The notes under the pieces: model-generated
The model's input: the letters and a program-made list of their open reading frames with translations, nothing else
What the model was told of the DNA's origin: nothing
Databases searched by the model: none
In this document: piece after piece, positions 18,865-30,477 of the stretch
How positions within the stretch are numbered: the first letter of the stretch is position 1
How the letters are laid out: the number at the start of each line of letters is the position of its first letter
Program-made: the position numbers and the translations under genes
Source of the DNA: Candidatus Poribacteria bacterium
GTDB lineage: Bacteria > Poribacteria > WGA-4E > WGA-3G
Length of the DNA stretch: 64,000 nucleotides
Assembly: GCA_965214095.1 (NCBI GenBank)
Contig: OZ243938.1
Span: 2,368,001-2,432,000 of the forward strand
Reading direction: 5' to 3'

Positions 18865-21090
18865 TTATTCAACATCCCACAACAGAATAGTACCATCATG
18901 ACTACCACTCGCAAGTGTCTTGCCATCAGGACTAAATGCAATTGAACTAATCCCATCTGAATGTCCAGTAAGTGTTTTGAGACGTTCTCCTGTGTTGGAA
19001 TTCCATATTATTGCAGTCGCATCCACACTACTTGCCGTAGCCATTTTCTGCCCATTATGGGAAAAACTCACATCACTGATAGTACCACCCCCACAAGATT
19101 CAAGACTTACATGTCCAGCTAAACTCTTTAAATGCTGTCTATTGAAAATATCAAATAAACTCACATAACTACTGTTTCCATCTACAATTGCAATTATCTT
19201 TCCATCGGGTGAAGAACTCACAGAACTTATAGCACCTGAGAAACTCAGGTCTTTAATATGCTGTCCAGACAATCCATCCCATAAAAATGCTCCATCCTCA
19301 TCACTTTCTTCATATATACTTGTGACAATTGTATTCGCATTCTTTGAAAAGTATGCCCCGTCAATCCGACCTGAAATTCCAGTGATGGTTCTGATAAGTT
19401 GTCCTGTGATAGGATCCCATAGTTGGGTAGTCATATCCGGGCTGCTACTTATGATAATTGAACCATCAATGGAATATTCTACTTGATGGAGTTCACCTCT
19501 TATATCAGCAATAGTATTGAGAAGTTGACCGGTGTTTGCATCCCATATCAAGATAATACTGTCATTACCTCTACCAGCAATTGTTTTTCCATCAGGTGAA
19601 ATGTGTACTTGCTTAATATAGTTCCAACGTTCCATCAATCTATTGATGAGTTCTCCTGTATCAATATCCCACAAATACACATTCATCTTAATGCTTTGGG
19701 TTATGAAAGTATTTCCATTAGGAGAAAAGTAAAGGGTGCGAACACGTCCATCAATTTCATTGAGTTTATGTTTTTCATTGAGTTTATGCTGTTTGTATAA
19801 CTTTCCAGTGTTGTAATCATGCAAACGTAATGTGTTGTCATAACTCCAACTTGCTATTGTATTTCCATCTGGGGTAATGGTTATATCGGATATGCCCTCG
19901 TTATACCCATCATATATCTTCAGGGGTTGTCCTGTAATAGCATTCCATAGATGAACTGTGTTATCTTCGTCTTTACTGAGTAAAGTCATTCCATCTGGAG
20001 AAAAATCAATTTTGTTTATTTGACTTGAATGTCCAGTAAGCGGCATCAGATGCATTCTCTGTTTAGCTGCCCATAGATGTATCGTTCCGTCAGATCCACC
20101 TGTAGCAATAATCCTGCCGTTATCAGAAAAACATAAAGTGCATATCTTACTACCGTGATTTCCGACAAGACTACTGATGTATTTTCCCGTGTTTGCATCC
20201 CATAAATCAACCCTAACATCAGTTTTATGTATGGTCGCAAGAGTATTCCCATCGGGTGAAAAGAACATACTGGAATGGCCCTTATCATTTGTTTTCTGTC
20301 TGGACCTTTTTAGTTGATTCCACTCCTCAGAGTTGATATTCCTAAAATACACATTCCCCACGCTCGGATGTCTACTACATAAGATGAAAAGGGTTCTACC
20401 GTTTGGAGAAAATTGAACATCTTCGATTTTGCCATCATGTTGAGATTCAGCGGGTGTGTTGATAGTTTTGAGATGCTGTGCTGTTGCAACATCCCACAAC
20501 TTTATTCTCCGATACTGCCAAGTTAGTAATGTCTTGTTATCTGGTGAAAAACATCGATTATAGAAACGGTTGGTAGATTCAGATATTGTGTTTATATGTT
20601 TTCCTGATTTGACATCATATAATCTAAGCGTTGTCTGAAAATATGTAAATTTTTCTGCACACTGTACTGCAATCATCCTTCCATTTGGAGAGAAGACTGG
20701 ATCATGAAGACCAAAAGCATCAGCAGAGAGTGTATGTATGTGATTACCTGTATTTGTATCCCATAATAAAATACTACCATTTGGATTCTCTGTGGCGAAA
20801 GTATTTCCATCAGCTGAAAAGTGGATTATGTCCACTCCATTTGTGTGATCAGTAAGTCTATATAACCTTTCACCAGTAATAGAGTCATAAATCCAAGTCC
20901 CGATTGAAGTTGCGATTGCAAACCGAGTGCCATCAGGAAAATATGCGATTTCACCCAATGTGCCTTGACCGATGCGGAGTTTCGCTCCTTCTGGTAAATT
21001 TGTATTTGCGGTTTCTTGTGCGTGGACATGATGTGTGACGAATAAAAATAGACATATTAAAGTAAGGATGAACAGATGTCTTGTTTTCAT
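18865..21090 (-). CDS. Secreted WD40 repeat protein
   Basis: Signal peptide, LPEGAKLRIGQG leader, many FSPDG...LWD repeats. Confidence 0.92.
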   Translation of the reverse strand: MKTRHLFILTLICLFLFVTHHVHAQETANTNLPEGAKLRIGQGTLGEIAYFPDGTRFAIATSIGTWIYDSITGERLYRLTDHTNGVDIIHFSADGNTFATENPNGSILLWDTNTGNHIHTLSADAFGLHDPVFSPNGRMIAVQCAEKFTYFQTTLRLYDVKSGKHINTISESTNRFYNRCFSPDNKTLLTWQYRRIKLWDVATAQHLKTINTPAESQHDGKIEDVQFSPNGRTLFILCSRHPSVGNVYFRNINSEEWNQLKRSRQKTNDKGHSSMFFSPDGNTLATIHKTDVRVDLWDANTGKYISSLVGNHGSKICTLCFSDNGRIIATGGSDGTIHLWAAKQRMHLMPLTGHSSQINKIDFSPDGMTLLSKDEDNTVHLWNAITGQPLKIYDGYNEGISDITITPDGNTIASWSYDNTLRLHDYNTGKLYKQHKLNEKHKLNEIDGRVRTLYFSPNGNTFITQSIKMNVYLWDIDTGELINRLMERWNYIKQVHISPDGKTIAGRGNDSIILIWDANTGQLLNTIADIRGELHQVEYSIDGSIIISSSPDMTTQLWDPITGQLIRTITGISGRIDGAYFSKNANTIVTSIYEESDEDGAFLWDGLSGQHIKDLSFSGAISSVSSSPDGKIIAIVDGNSSYVSLFDIFNRQHLKSLAGHVSLESCGGGTISDVSFSHNGQKMATASSVDATAIIWNSNTGERLKTLTGHSDGISSIAFSPDGKTLASGSHDGTILLWDVE

Positions 21091-21148
21091 ATTATCCCTT
21101 TCCTTCTATTATAGTCCTCAAATCTGGAAAATTTTAGATGAATTTGAC

Positions 21149-23227
21149 CTAATTACCCATTTCAGAATCTGTTACATCCCACAACAGAATTGTGCCATCG
21201 AGACTACCACTTGCAAGTGTCTTGCCATCAGGACTAAATGCAATTGAACTAATCCCATCTGAATGTCCAGTAAATGTTTTTAAGTGCTTTCCCTCTTCGG
21301 TTGACCAGAGACGAACAGTTTTGTCATCACTTCCGGATGCAATGGTATTTCCATCATTGGAAAAGCGTACTCCTTGAATAATACCTCCATCACGGTGTGA
21401 AAAACCCAAATGCCCAGAATAGGTATTGATAATGTCTCCGTTGTTGACATCCCGTAATTCTAAAGTTGAATTATAAGTATCAGATGTAACAAACATGTTG
21501 CCATTGGGCGAAAAACATTGAACTGAATGAACTGAAATCCCTCGTCCATAATATATCTCTCTAAGGAGTTGGCCAGAGTCAACGTTAGATAGAGACAAGA
21601 AACTATCGCCAATTCCGCCATCATCAACTTCTTCATGATACATATCAATTATAAGATCCCCATCAGGTGAAAGCAGATAGCCATTGATAGTTTTGAGGTG
21701 ATTACCAGTTTTAGCATCCCATAGATGCACTGTATTGTTATCACAATGACCAACAACTTTTTGTCCATTTGTCGTAAAGCAAACACTTCTAACAGAAGTT
21801 TTATGTCCTATAAGAGTTTTTTTGAGGTTGCCATTACTTGTATCCCATAGTCGTATAGTTTCATCTGAACTGCCGCTAGCAATAGTTTGTCCATTAGGTG
21901 AGAAACATACACTAAAGATTTCATCGGTATGTCCAGTAAGAGACTTCATAAGTTGACCTGTACTTGCATTCCACAGACGGACTTTGTTGTCCGAACTTCC
22001 ACTTGCAATTGTATTGCCATCTGGTGAAAATGAAACGGTTCTAACACCTTCCGTATAACCATCAAGTGTTTTGAGTAGTTCTCCTGAAAGCGCATCCCAG
22101 AGTCGCACCGTCCTATCCTCCCCCTTGCTCAGAAGTGTAATTCCATCTGGTGAAAAGAGGACAGAATCTACACTTCCCTCATGTCCAGAGAGTTTTACAA
22201 GTTCTGATCCTGTATTAGTAGACCATAGACATATCGTGCCATCAGCACCACCGGCTGCGATAATTATCCCATTTGGAGAAAAGCAGATGCTATACACACT
22301 GCCACCTGCATCCCTAATAAGAGTGTTAAGTTTATTTCCTGTGGTCACTTCCCATAGGTACACCTCTCTACTTGATATGTCTCCTGTAGCAATTATTTCT
22401 CCATCTGGTGAAAATCGGACGGTGGTTAATGAATTAATATCCTGATGGTCAAGAGTATTTAGGAGTTGTCCGGTCTTAGAATTCCATAAACGCACCGTAA
22501 AATCCTGACCACCTGTAGCAATTATTTTTCCATCTGGTGAAAACTGGACGGTGTTAACACTATCTTCATGTGCTGTGAAAGTTTTTACGAGTTGTCCAGT
22601 AACGACATTCCAAAGACTCACGTCCAATGAGCCTAATTTCCAGGTAGCTATACTTTTTCCATCTGGTGAAAAGCATTTGTTATAGAAAGAGAAAGCATTA
22701 TTTGATTCTGCAAGTGTGTTTAGTAGTTTACCTGTACTGACATCCCACAAATTTATTGTCTTGTTTGATCTGCCAGAAGGTGTTCCACTTGATGTAGCAA
22801 CTATTTCTCCATCTGGCGAAAATAACGCTCTATAGTGTCCTTTTCCATCGCGTTCAAGTTTTCTTGAGAGTTTTCCTGTGGAAGCATTCCATAACAACAC
22901 AGTTTCATCTGAAACTTCAGTAGCGATAGTTTTACCATTGGGTGAAATAGATACGTTTTTTATTCCATTTACCCGACTTTTATGGTCATAGAGTTGGTAT
23001 AACCTTTCACCAGTAATAGAGTCGTATATCCAAGTCCCGATTGAAGTTGCGATTGCAAACCGAGTGCCATCAGGAAAATATGCGATTTCACCTAATGTGC
23101 CTTGACCGATGCGGAGTTTCGCACCTTCAGGTAAATTCGCAATTGAAGATTTCTGCGCATATACATTCATTGAGAATAACGTTAAAAGTAAGCAGAAGCA
23201 TAAGATAGATCGGTTTATTATTTGCAT
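21149..23227 (-). CDS. Secreted WD40 repeat protein
   Basis: Same architecture as the neighbour, with near-identical leader and last repeat. Confidence 0.92.
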   Translation of the reverse strand: MQIINRSILCFCLLLTLFSMNVYAQKSSIANLPEGAKLRIGQGTLGEIAYFPDGTRFAIATSIGTWIYDSITGERLYQLYDHKSRVNGIKNVSISPNGKTIATEVSDETVLLWNASTGKLSRKLERDGKGHYRALFSPDGEIVATSSGTPSGRSNKTINLWDVSTGKLLNTLAESNNAFSFYNKCFSPDGKSIATWKLGSLDVSLWNVVTGQLVKTFTAHEDSVNTVQFSPDGKIIATGGQDFTVRLWNSKTGQLLNTLDHQDINSLTTVRFSPDGEIIATGDISSREVYLWEVTTGNKLNTLIRDAGGSVYSICFSPNGIIIAAGGADGTICLWSTNTGSELVKLSGHEGSVDSVLFSPDGITLLSKGEDRTVRLWDALSGELLKTLDGYTEGVRTVSFSPDGNTIASGSSDNKVRLWNASTGQLMKSLTGHTDEIFSVCFSPNGQTIASGSSDETIRLWDTSNGNLKKTLIGHKTSVRSVCFTTNGQKVVGHCDNNTVHLWDAKTGNHLKTINGYLLSPDGDLIIDMYHEEVDDGGIGDSFLSLSNVDSGQLLREIYYGRGISVHSVQCFSPNGNMFVTSDTYNSTLELRDVNNGDIINTYSGHLGFSHRDGGIIQGVRFSNDGNTIASGSDDKTVRLWSTEEGKHLKTFTGHSDGISSIAFSPDGKTLASGSLDGTILLWDVTDSEMGN

Positions 23228-23241
23228 AGCCGCGTGTCCTC

Positions 23242-25172
23242 CTATTTCTTTTTAGGAACATCCCACAACAGAATAGTACCATCAAGACTACCACTTGCAA
23301 GTGTCTTCCCATCAGGACTAAATGCTAAAGTTTCAACAGACCATTTATGTCCTGAAAAGGTATGCTGTTTCTTCCCAGTTTCTATATCCCATATATGTAT
23401 CATACTGCTTCTCCCTACTCCAGCAATAGTCTTTCCATCTGGAGAATATGCAAGATTCTCGATCATACTACCCATCATATCAAGGTGAAATTCCTGTAGA
23501 TCCCCGCATTTAATCTATCTTCAATATTAAATGGTAGTTCAAGTGTCTGAATACATTCTCCGCTGACTGTATGCCACAACTTAATTTGTGAACCTGATGT
23601 AGCAAGCAATACACCATTTGGTGAATAGGCAATAGACCACCCATTTCCTGTTTTGGGAAGTGTGAGTTTTTCCACTCCGGTTTTAACATCCCACAAACGC
23701 ACCATGCCGTTAAATCCACCACTTGCTAACGTCAGATTATCAGGAGAAAATGCAACCGAAAATGCCCGTCCCTTTTCTTCAACCAATGTATGTATTACTT
23801 CACCGTTTTCAGCATTCCATATACGCATTGTATGGTCATTTCCCGCACTTGCTAACATACTACCGTCTGAGGAAAACGCTATTGAACGGATTTCATCTGT
23901 ATGCCCTTTAAGGGTTATTATGTGCTCAGCAGTAGTATAATTCCATAAATTGATAATCCCTTTCCAATCCGCGCCAGCGACTGTGCGATTATCAGGAGAA
24001 AATGCTAAAGAAGCTATAGTTGCTGACACACTTTGTTGATGTCCTTTAATGGTTTCTTTATGTTTTCTGGTTTCTACATCCCACAATGAAATCCTTGATC
24101 CAAATGTGCTTGCTAAAGTTGTTCCATCTGTAGAGAACGCAAGTGCATACACATTTGTTGTATGACCTTTGATTGTCAAAATGTTTTTACCACTATCAAG
24201 GTTCCAAAAATATATTCTACCACCCCAGTCCATACCAACAAGAGTTTTCTTATCTGGAGAATATAGGAGTTCAGAAACGCCACCCTCTGGAATGTGAATT
24301 GTTTCTTCAACTATTCCTGTGGAAACATTCAATAACTCAATCTCGCTTTTGTGATAGACACTATACGCTAAAATGTTACCATCTGGACTATACGCAACAG
24401 TTCCATAACTATCTTCACGTTTAGTAAGAATCTTTTTCTGTTTTCCAGTGTTAGTATCCCACAAGCGAATTGTACCGTCACCACTTACACTTACAAGCGT
24501 TTTCCCATCTGGTGAAAATGCAAGCGTAAGAATCCAATCGGTATGTCCAACGAATTCATGCTTAATTTGTCCATCGTCAACATTCCATGACAGAACTGTG
24601 TTGTTTAACGCGGAACCCGCCACTGTTTTTCCATTTGGTGAAAACTCTACTGATGTAATTTGTTGTGAAAATCCTGAGAGAGTATGTTTACGTTCTCCAG
24701 TACTTACATCCCACAGTTTGATATTACCATCTTGATCTCCACTGACGAGTGTAAGACCATCTGGAGAAAACGCTAATGCACGAACATCCCTTTTATTTCC
24801 TGAAAGTACTATGTGCTCACCTGTCAGTGTATCCCATAGTCGAATTGATTTGTCATTTCCTAATCCACCGCTACTTGCAATTGTTATCCCATCTGGTGAG
24901 TATGCAACAGAACGCACGGCAGTTTTGTGTCCAGTAAAAAGCGTAATTGCATCACCGGTGTGTGTATCATATAACCAAATCCCAATCATACTTGCCACTG
25001 CTAGCTGTTTTCCACTTGGAGAAATCGCAATATCCTCTATAGAACCTTTTCCAAGTCGCGCTTTTGCTCCCTCAGGTAAACCCAACGGAGTAACATCTTG
25101 GGCAGAGGTGTTCAGCAGAAATAACGCACAAAGCAACAATATGGTTATTATGTATTGATGTATTGTTTTCAT
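23242..25172 (-). pseudogene. Secreted WD40 protein, frameshifted or split near the C-terminus
   Basis: Likely start MKTIHQY at 25172; ORFs 23475-25172 and 23242-23478 overlap at ATGA; one extra G in the G4 run at 23502-23505 joins them. Confidence 0.75.
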
Positions 25173-25350
25173 TTTACGCACTCCCTTGACGAATAGGTTA
25201 TACCATTTTAATAAAATAACGAGTTGTGCTAAATAACTAATTGTTAAATAGCGTGTCACATTAGCGGGTGGATTTGACCGGACTTCTTTTTCTTTGTACG
25301 ATCTTTAGTCCCGTATGAAGATTAATTGGGTAATTCTCATTTTCTCAAAC

Positions 25351-25490
25351 CCGGTAGGCGCGGTTTCCTAAACCAATGCAGAATACCACACGCGTATTCT
25401 GGCATAGGCAACAATTTGGTGGTTCGGTTAGGAAACCGTACCTACCGGCCTGGGAAAACGCCTAATGGACACTAAATTGATGCCTATGCC
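25351..25490. repeat. Mosaic of family A REP pair with nested inverted repeats
   Basis: GTAG at 25354, CTAC at 25442-25445; CAGAATAC...GTATTCTG hairpin (also at 2823-2845); GGCATAGGCA...TGCCTATGCC inverted repeat. Confidence 0.65.
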
Positions 25491-25530
25491 TTGTATTTCT
25501 CAAATCTGGACCGTAACAGTTCACATTGAC

Positions 25531-27501
25531 CTAATTTTCCGTTTCAGTATTTGTGACATCCCATAACAGAATTGTTCCGTTACTACTTCCACTTGCAAGT
25601 GTCTTGCCATCTGGTGAAAACGCTATTTGTCCAATTCGGTAAAAAACTGATTTATGTCCTGTATAGGTATGTATTGCTTTTTGAGTTTCAATGTCCCACA
25701 ATCGAATTAACCCATTTTCACGTAATACTGCGAGTGTATTTCCATCTGGAGAAAAGACTAACTTCTGTGCTTGATCCATCATATTTTCGTGAATTTCTAT
25801 CATTTTTTCTGGATCTCCCGCTGCTAATTGCATTTTCTCTCCCATGTTTTTCATCGGGTTGTGATCCAGGGTTAGGATATTTTCACCAGTCTTGGCATGC
25901 CACAATTGAATACTCCTCCCTGTTGTTGCAAGCAATATTCCATTCGGAGAATACGCAATTGAGAAACCGTTTCCAGTCTTTGGTATAGTCAATTTCTGTT
26001 CTCCGGTGGTAACATCCCATAAACGCACAACTCCTTTAGAATAACTACTTGCTAACGTCAGGTTATCAGGAGAAAATGCGACTGCATATACCTTTTCCGC
26101 TTCCTCTACAAGTGTATGTATCTGTTCACCGTTCGCTGTATTCCAAATATGGATTGTGTGGTCATTTCCGGCAACTGCTAACATACCGTCTGAGGAAAAT
26201 GCAATTGATTGGATCCACTCAGTAGGTACTTCCAGTTGATGTTTCTGTTCTCCAGTAATATAATCCAATATACTGATAACACCTTTCCCATGTGTACTTG
26301 CTATCGTCCTAAAATCAGGAGAAAATGCCAAAGAACCTATGGAAGCGAATGCATTCTGATTAACTTTAACTTTAAGAGTTTCCTTATGTGATAGGGTATC
26401 TACATCCCACAGATCAATCCCATATCCAGATGTACTCGCTAATGTTTTTCCATCTGAAGAATATGCAATGGTACGGACAGATGACTGATGTCCATCTATA
26501 CTCAATTTGTTTTTCTTTGTTTTAATGTCCCAAAAATATATCCTACCACCCCAACCCATACTAACAAGAGTATTCTTTTCTGGTGAATATAGAACTCTTG
26601 AAACACCACCTTTTGGTATTTGAATTGTTTGTTCAACTTTTCCTGTGGATACATTCAAGAACTCAATTTTCCTACCCAGTTGAATACCACATGCAAGGAG
26701 GCTGTCATCTGGACTAAAAGTCACCGTTTGAATTTCATTTCTTTGATTTGTAAGAATTATTTTCTGTTGTCCAGTGACAGTATCCCACAAGCGAATTGAA
26801 CCGTCTTGACTTCCACTTGCAAGAGTTGTACCATCTGGTGAAAACGCAAGAGTCAGCACCCAATCGGTATGTCCGTTATATTGGTGCTTAATCTCTCCAT
26901 CGTCAACATTCCATGACAGAATAGTACTGTCTAACGCGCCAGCTGCCACAGTTTTTCCATCTGGTGAAAACACTACTGACATAACTTGTGATGTATACCC
27001 AACAAGATTCTGTTTACGTTCTCCAGTGTTCATATCCCACAATATAACATTACCATCGTTATCTCCACTTACAAGTGTGTTGCCATCTGGAGAAAAGTCT
27101 AATGTCCGAAAATCTCCACTACCCCCTGAATATAGAACTCTGTTTTTACCTGTCTCTGTATCCCAAAGTCGTAATGATTTGACACGACCTAATCCACTAC
27201 CACTTGCAACAGTTTTTCCATCTGGTGAGAAGGCAACGGCACGTACGGTGGTCTTGTGCTCAGTAAAGAGTGCAATTTCATCACCAGTTTGCGTATCATA
27301 TAGCCAGACCCCAATTGCACTTGCGACTACCAACTGTTTTCCATCTGGAGAAATCGATATATCATGAATAGAGCTTTTCCCAATTCGCGCTTTGGCTCCT
27401 TCTGGCAAACCAAACTGTGTCGCATCTTTAGCAGATACGTTCAGCAAAAACAACGCACAAAGTAAGAATGTGGTTATTATGTATTGATGTATTGTTTTCA
27501 T
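25531..27501 (-). CDS. Secreted WD40 repeat protein
   Basis: Colinear paralog of 23242-25172. Confidence 0.92.
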   Translation of the reverse strand: MKTIHQYIITTFLLCALFLLNVSAKDATQFGLPEGAKARIGKSSIHDISISPDGKQLVVASAIGVWLYDTQTGDEIALFTEHKTTVRAVAFSPDGKTVASGSGLGRVKSLRLWDTETGKNRVLYSGGSGDFRTLDFSPDGNTLVSGDNDGNVILWDMNTGERKQNLVGYTSQVMSVVFSPDGKTVAAGALDSTILSWNVDDGEIKHQYNGHTDWVLTLAFSPDGTTLASGSQDGSIRLWDTVTGQQKIILTNQRNEIQTVTFSPDDSLLACGIQLGRKIEFLNVSTGKVEQTIQIPKGGVSRVLYSPEKNTLVSMGWGGRIYFWDIKTKKNKLSIDGHQSSVRTIAYSSDGKTLASTSGYGIDLWDVDTLSHKETLKVKVNQNAFASIGSLAFSPDFRTIASTHGKGVISILDYITGEQKHQLEVPTEWIQSIAFSSDGMLAVAGNDHTIHIWNTANGEQIHTLVEEAEKVYAVAFSPDNLTLASSYSKGVVRLWDVTTGEQKLTIPKTGNGFSIAYSPNGILLATTGRSIQLWHAKTGENILTLDHNPMKNMGEKMQLAAGDPEKMIEIHENMMDQAQKLVFSPDGNTLAVLRENGLIRLWDIETQKAIHTYTGHKSVFYRIGQIAFSPDGKTLASGSSNGTILLWDVTNTETEN

Positions 27502-27563
27502 TTTACACGTTCCTTGACGAATAGGTTGGATTAGGTGATCATAGGTAAACAGTATGGTTTATC

Positions 27564-27769
27564 GTCTGAACCAGGATCTTCCATATCAATGGTATGAATG
27601 CCTTCTTGGTATTCATTGGGATTTGCAGATAGCCAGGATTGTATCTATCAATGCCATTTTCTCAGTCTAACCGCATTAGACTTTTAGTAGTTTCGGATCA
27701 GTATATTCTTCAATGGAACTTTGATATTTCATTCTATAATCCTGGCCATCTGTCCATCCTAGTTCAGAC
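27564..27769. repeat. Family C element bounded by inverted GTCTGAACYAGGAT
   Basis: GTCTGAACCAGGAT at 27564-27577 and ATCCTAGTTCAGAC at 27756-27769. Confidence 0.6.
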
Positions 27770-27798
27770 AAAAGAGGAAGCCTTGATCCAACAAACAC

Positions 27799-30417
27799 CT
27801 AACGTTTCTCAACATTGAAGTTTGCTGTCAACGCCTTATCAACACGATCCTGCGATTCTTCAAGATGCGCAACACTGTACTCATCCAGTTTTGCCTTAGA
27901 ATTTTGCAGGACAGTCTTTAGACGATCATTGATTTGTGTTAGATGTAGACGTGCAAGAGATCTTGCATCTTCAGGTGTCCCACTATCTGCAGCCAATACT
28001 AACTTAATAAGCTGCTTCAAGTGTTCTCGTTGTAGTCCACGTCTGAAACTTGAGATAAATGCATCTGAATTGGTCCACTGATTAGCATCAGCATTCTTAT
28101 CAAGTTCAACCCAAACAGCATCTGTAATGCCGGTAAACAATTCTGGCATTGTGAAGGCATCTTCACCAGAGAACTTTAGTTCTGTGTCCTGAACGCGCGA
28201 AAGCACATTCGCATCAAGCAATCTTCTCAGGATTTGACCTTGGTTTCGCAGAATAACATCATGAATTGGGTAATCCAAACGAGAAGAGTTATTACTACTT
28301 GTTCCCCAATCACTCCAACGCGTGATGGCAATGCTGTTCAACAGTTCTGGTGGAAAATCAAAAACCTTATCAGAGAGAGCATGTTCCTTGATAAATGCAA
28401 GTGCCTCACGTTGCTTCTTCGCTGACACTGGCACATAAGGCAAACGACCATCTTTATCACCCTTGTGATCACGATGGTGGTATTGTCCACCGATAAAACG
28501 TGCAGCAAGATACATAGATGAAGTGTATTCACCAAGAAGTGATCTGAACGCGCGTCTCACACGTTGATACCCCATGCCATCTGTAGTAACTTTATCTGCA
28601 ATTTCGTCCCAGAGTCCGGCGACAATCTCACGACGTTGTTTCGCAAACTCAAGCGGATCCGCACCCATGTCCCAACGATTCACCAAGGGATCAAGGTCAC
28701 GGTTTTGGTATGCAGATGCATCACCATCTGTGCCGTACCTGAGTTCTGAAGCCGCTGCACGAGATGCAATTTTCTGTAATTCTGGTAATTCTGCTTCTGG
28801 TTTATTACCACTCACCGGCTTGTAGGCATATTCTACAACCCAATAGTCCCAGGGACCGATTGTTGGTGTATAATAATGCCCCTGTTTCTTACCTTCAGGC
28901 GCAATATTTACAGCATCATATTCCATAACAGATCCGACAAGTGGCTCGTCTTTTTGCTTGTTCACTTCATCAAGAGTATGGATAGTACTTGCTTTAAAAT
29001 TATGACGCAATCCTAATGTGTGTCCAACTTCATGCATAATCAATGCTTTGAGTGCTTGACCAATAAACTCTTCTGGGAGTTCTCCACCATCTTCCATCGC
29101 ACCGCGCGCCTGCATAACACTCGCCATGAAGCCAATCTGGCGGGCAAGGCCGGTCGCCATTTGGCAGTGAAACCTTGAATCGTGATCAATCGGATGTTCA
29201 CGTTCATGTTCTAATTCATCAAAGAATGTCGTCCACTCCCGCTGCCAATATCTAATCCAACTCTCACCCACAAGAATATCGGCATCCAGAATTTGTCCTG
29301 TCAACGGATTTACACGAGATGGTCCAATCGCAAAGGATGCACCCACTATCCAACGGATTGTGTTGTAACGTGCATCTTCAGGATCCCAATCTTCATGGTC
29401 TTGCTGAATCCGTGCTTCAATCGCATCAATAAAACCTGCTTTTTCAAATGCTTTATTCCATTCCAGAATTCCCTGACGTACATAAGGACGGAAGCGATGG
29501 GGGACGGTTTTTTCAATATAGAAGATAATCGGTTCTTTAGGAGGTGAAAGTTTCTTGTCTTTGTCTGCTTTCTCCAAATGCCAACGATTGACATAACGGA
29601 TGAAGGGTTCATCGCTTGTCTGTAGTGAATAATCTTTCACCGTCGTCATAAAATGTCCCATACGATCATCAGCAAAACGCGGTTGATAATCATTGTTTGG
29701 CAGTTGTGAAAGACTATAATGAACTGCTACCTGCATTCCACGACTGTCGGGAACAGCGGTTCTACTACCACCACCAGAATAAACAGCATTCACCCGCAGT
29801 TCTACGTTTTTTGGAAACGCTTTGATGGCACCCCAAGTACTACGAGCTTTATCGAATCGTGCCCCTCCTAAATTGCCTGCTAAAGGAAGCAAATCAGATA
29901 TAAACACTGGTGATATATTTACAAGCAGACTCTTGCTCTGTGGATGGACACTTTCAAGTTTGAGAGCAAAAAGCACAGAGTCACTATATCCTAAGTTGAC
30001 CGCCTCTGCAATGGGAGAACCTTTATCAGCACGAAAACGGACGTTCTTCCGGACAAGATGCACCTTATCGCCAACCCGTTTCCATTCAAGTAACCATTCG
30101 TCCATGGTCATACCAGACAGAATATATCCTGACCCTATCCCACGCGCAATGCTTGCCATGAGTAGAAACGGCTTCTCTAATTGGGATGGTTTGATTTCAC
30201 AATACAGATTCTCTTTTTTCTGGTAAAGTGTGAAGTAACCTTGATACTTTTTGCTATCTTCTGTGACTTTATTAAAATCTTCGTACTCTTTCTTCTTTTT
30301 TGCTGCAGTCTGTTGTGCTGCAGGTTTTGCCTCTGTTTTCGCTTCTTGAGCAATTGTTGGTAAACTTAAACTACCTATGAATACAAAACAGATAAGCAAA
30401 GTGATTATTCGTTTCAT
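27799..30417 (-). CDS. Secreted Met-zincin metalloprotease (DUF5117/DUF4953-like)
   Basis: HEVGHTLGLRHNF zinc motif, SVMEY Met-turn, signal peptide, AGGAG SD. Confidence 0.9.
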   Translation of the reverse strand: MKRIITLLICFVFIGSLSLPTIAQEAKTEAKPAAQQTAAKKKKEYEDFNKVTEDSKKYQGYFTLYQKKENLYCEIKPSQLEKPFLLMASIARGIGSGYILSGMTMDEWLLEWKRVGDKVHLVRKNVRFRADKGSPIAEAVNLGYSDSVLFALKLESVHPQSKSLLVNISPVFISDLLPLAGNLGGARFDKARSTWGAIKAFPKNVELRVNAVYSGGGSRTAVPDSRGMQVAVHYSLSQLPNNDYQPRFADDRMGHFMTTVKDYSLQTSDEPFIRYVNRWHLEKADKDKKLSPPKEPIIFYIEKTVPHRFRPYVRQGILEWNKAFEKAGFIDAIEARIQQDHEDWDPEDARYNTIRWIVGASFAIGPSRVNPLTGQILDADILVGESWIRYWQREWTTFFDELEHEREHPIDHDSRFHCQMATGLARQIGFMASVMQARGAMEDGGELPEEFIGQALKALIMHEVGHTLGLRHNFKASTIHTLDEVNKQKDEPLVGSVMEYDAVNIAPEGKKQGHYYTPTIGPWDYWVVEYAYKPVSGNKPEAELPELQKIASRAAASELRYGTDGDASAYQNRDLDPLVNRWDMGADPLEFAKQRREIVAGLWDEIADKVTTDGMGYQRVRRAFRSLLGEYTSSMYLAARFIGGQYHHRDHKGDKDGRLPYVPVSAKKQREALAFIKEHALSDKVFDFPPELLNSIAITRWSDWGTSSNNSSRLDYPIHDVILRNQGQILRRLLDANVLSRVQDTELKFSGEDAFTMPELFTGITDAVWVELDKNADANQWTNSDAFISSFRRGLQREHLKQLIKLVLAADSGTPEDARSLARLHLTQINDRLKTVLQNSKAKLDEYSVAHLEESQDRVDKALTANFNVEKR

Positions 30418-30477
30418 AATACTTTCTCCTTTTTATGTTTTAGAAGGTGATGGATTCACCTTATCAAACTCTTGTTA

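Noticed and set aside
19755-19788. 18-bp tandem duplication (HKLNE twice) in a WD40 gene
   Set aside because: Real but an in-frame two-copy slippage with no sign of a wider system.
25198-25215. Possible MITE left end TTA-TACCATTTTAA upstream of a WD40 gene
   Set aside because: Imperfect TIR with no matching right end found.
18865-27501. Diversity-generating retroelement acting on WD40 or LRR genes
   Set aside because: No reverse transcriptase in the window, and paralog differences are not adenine-specific.
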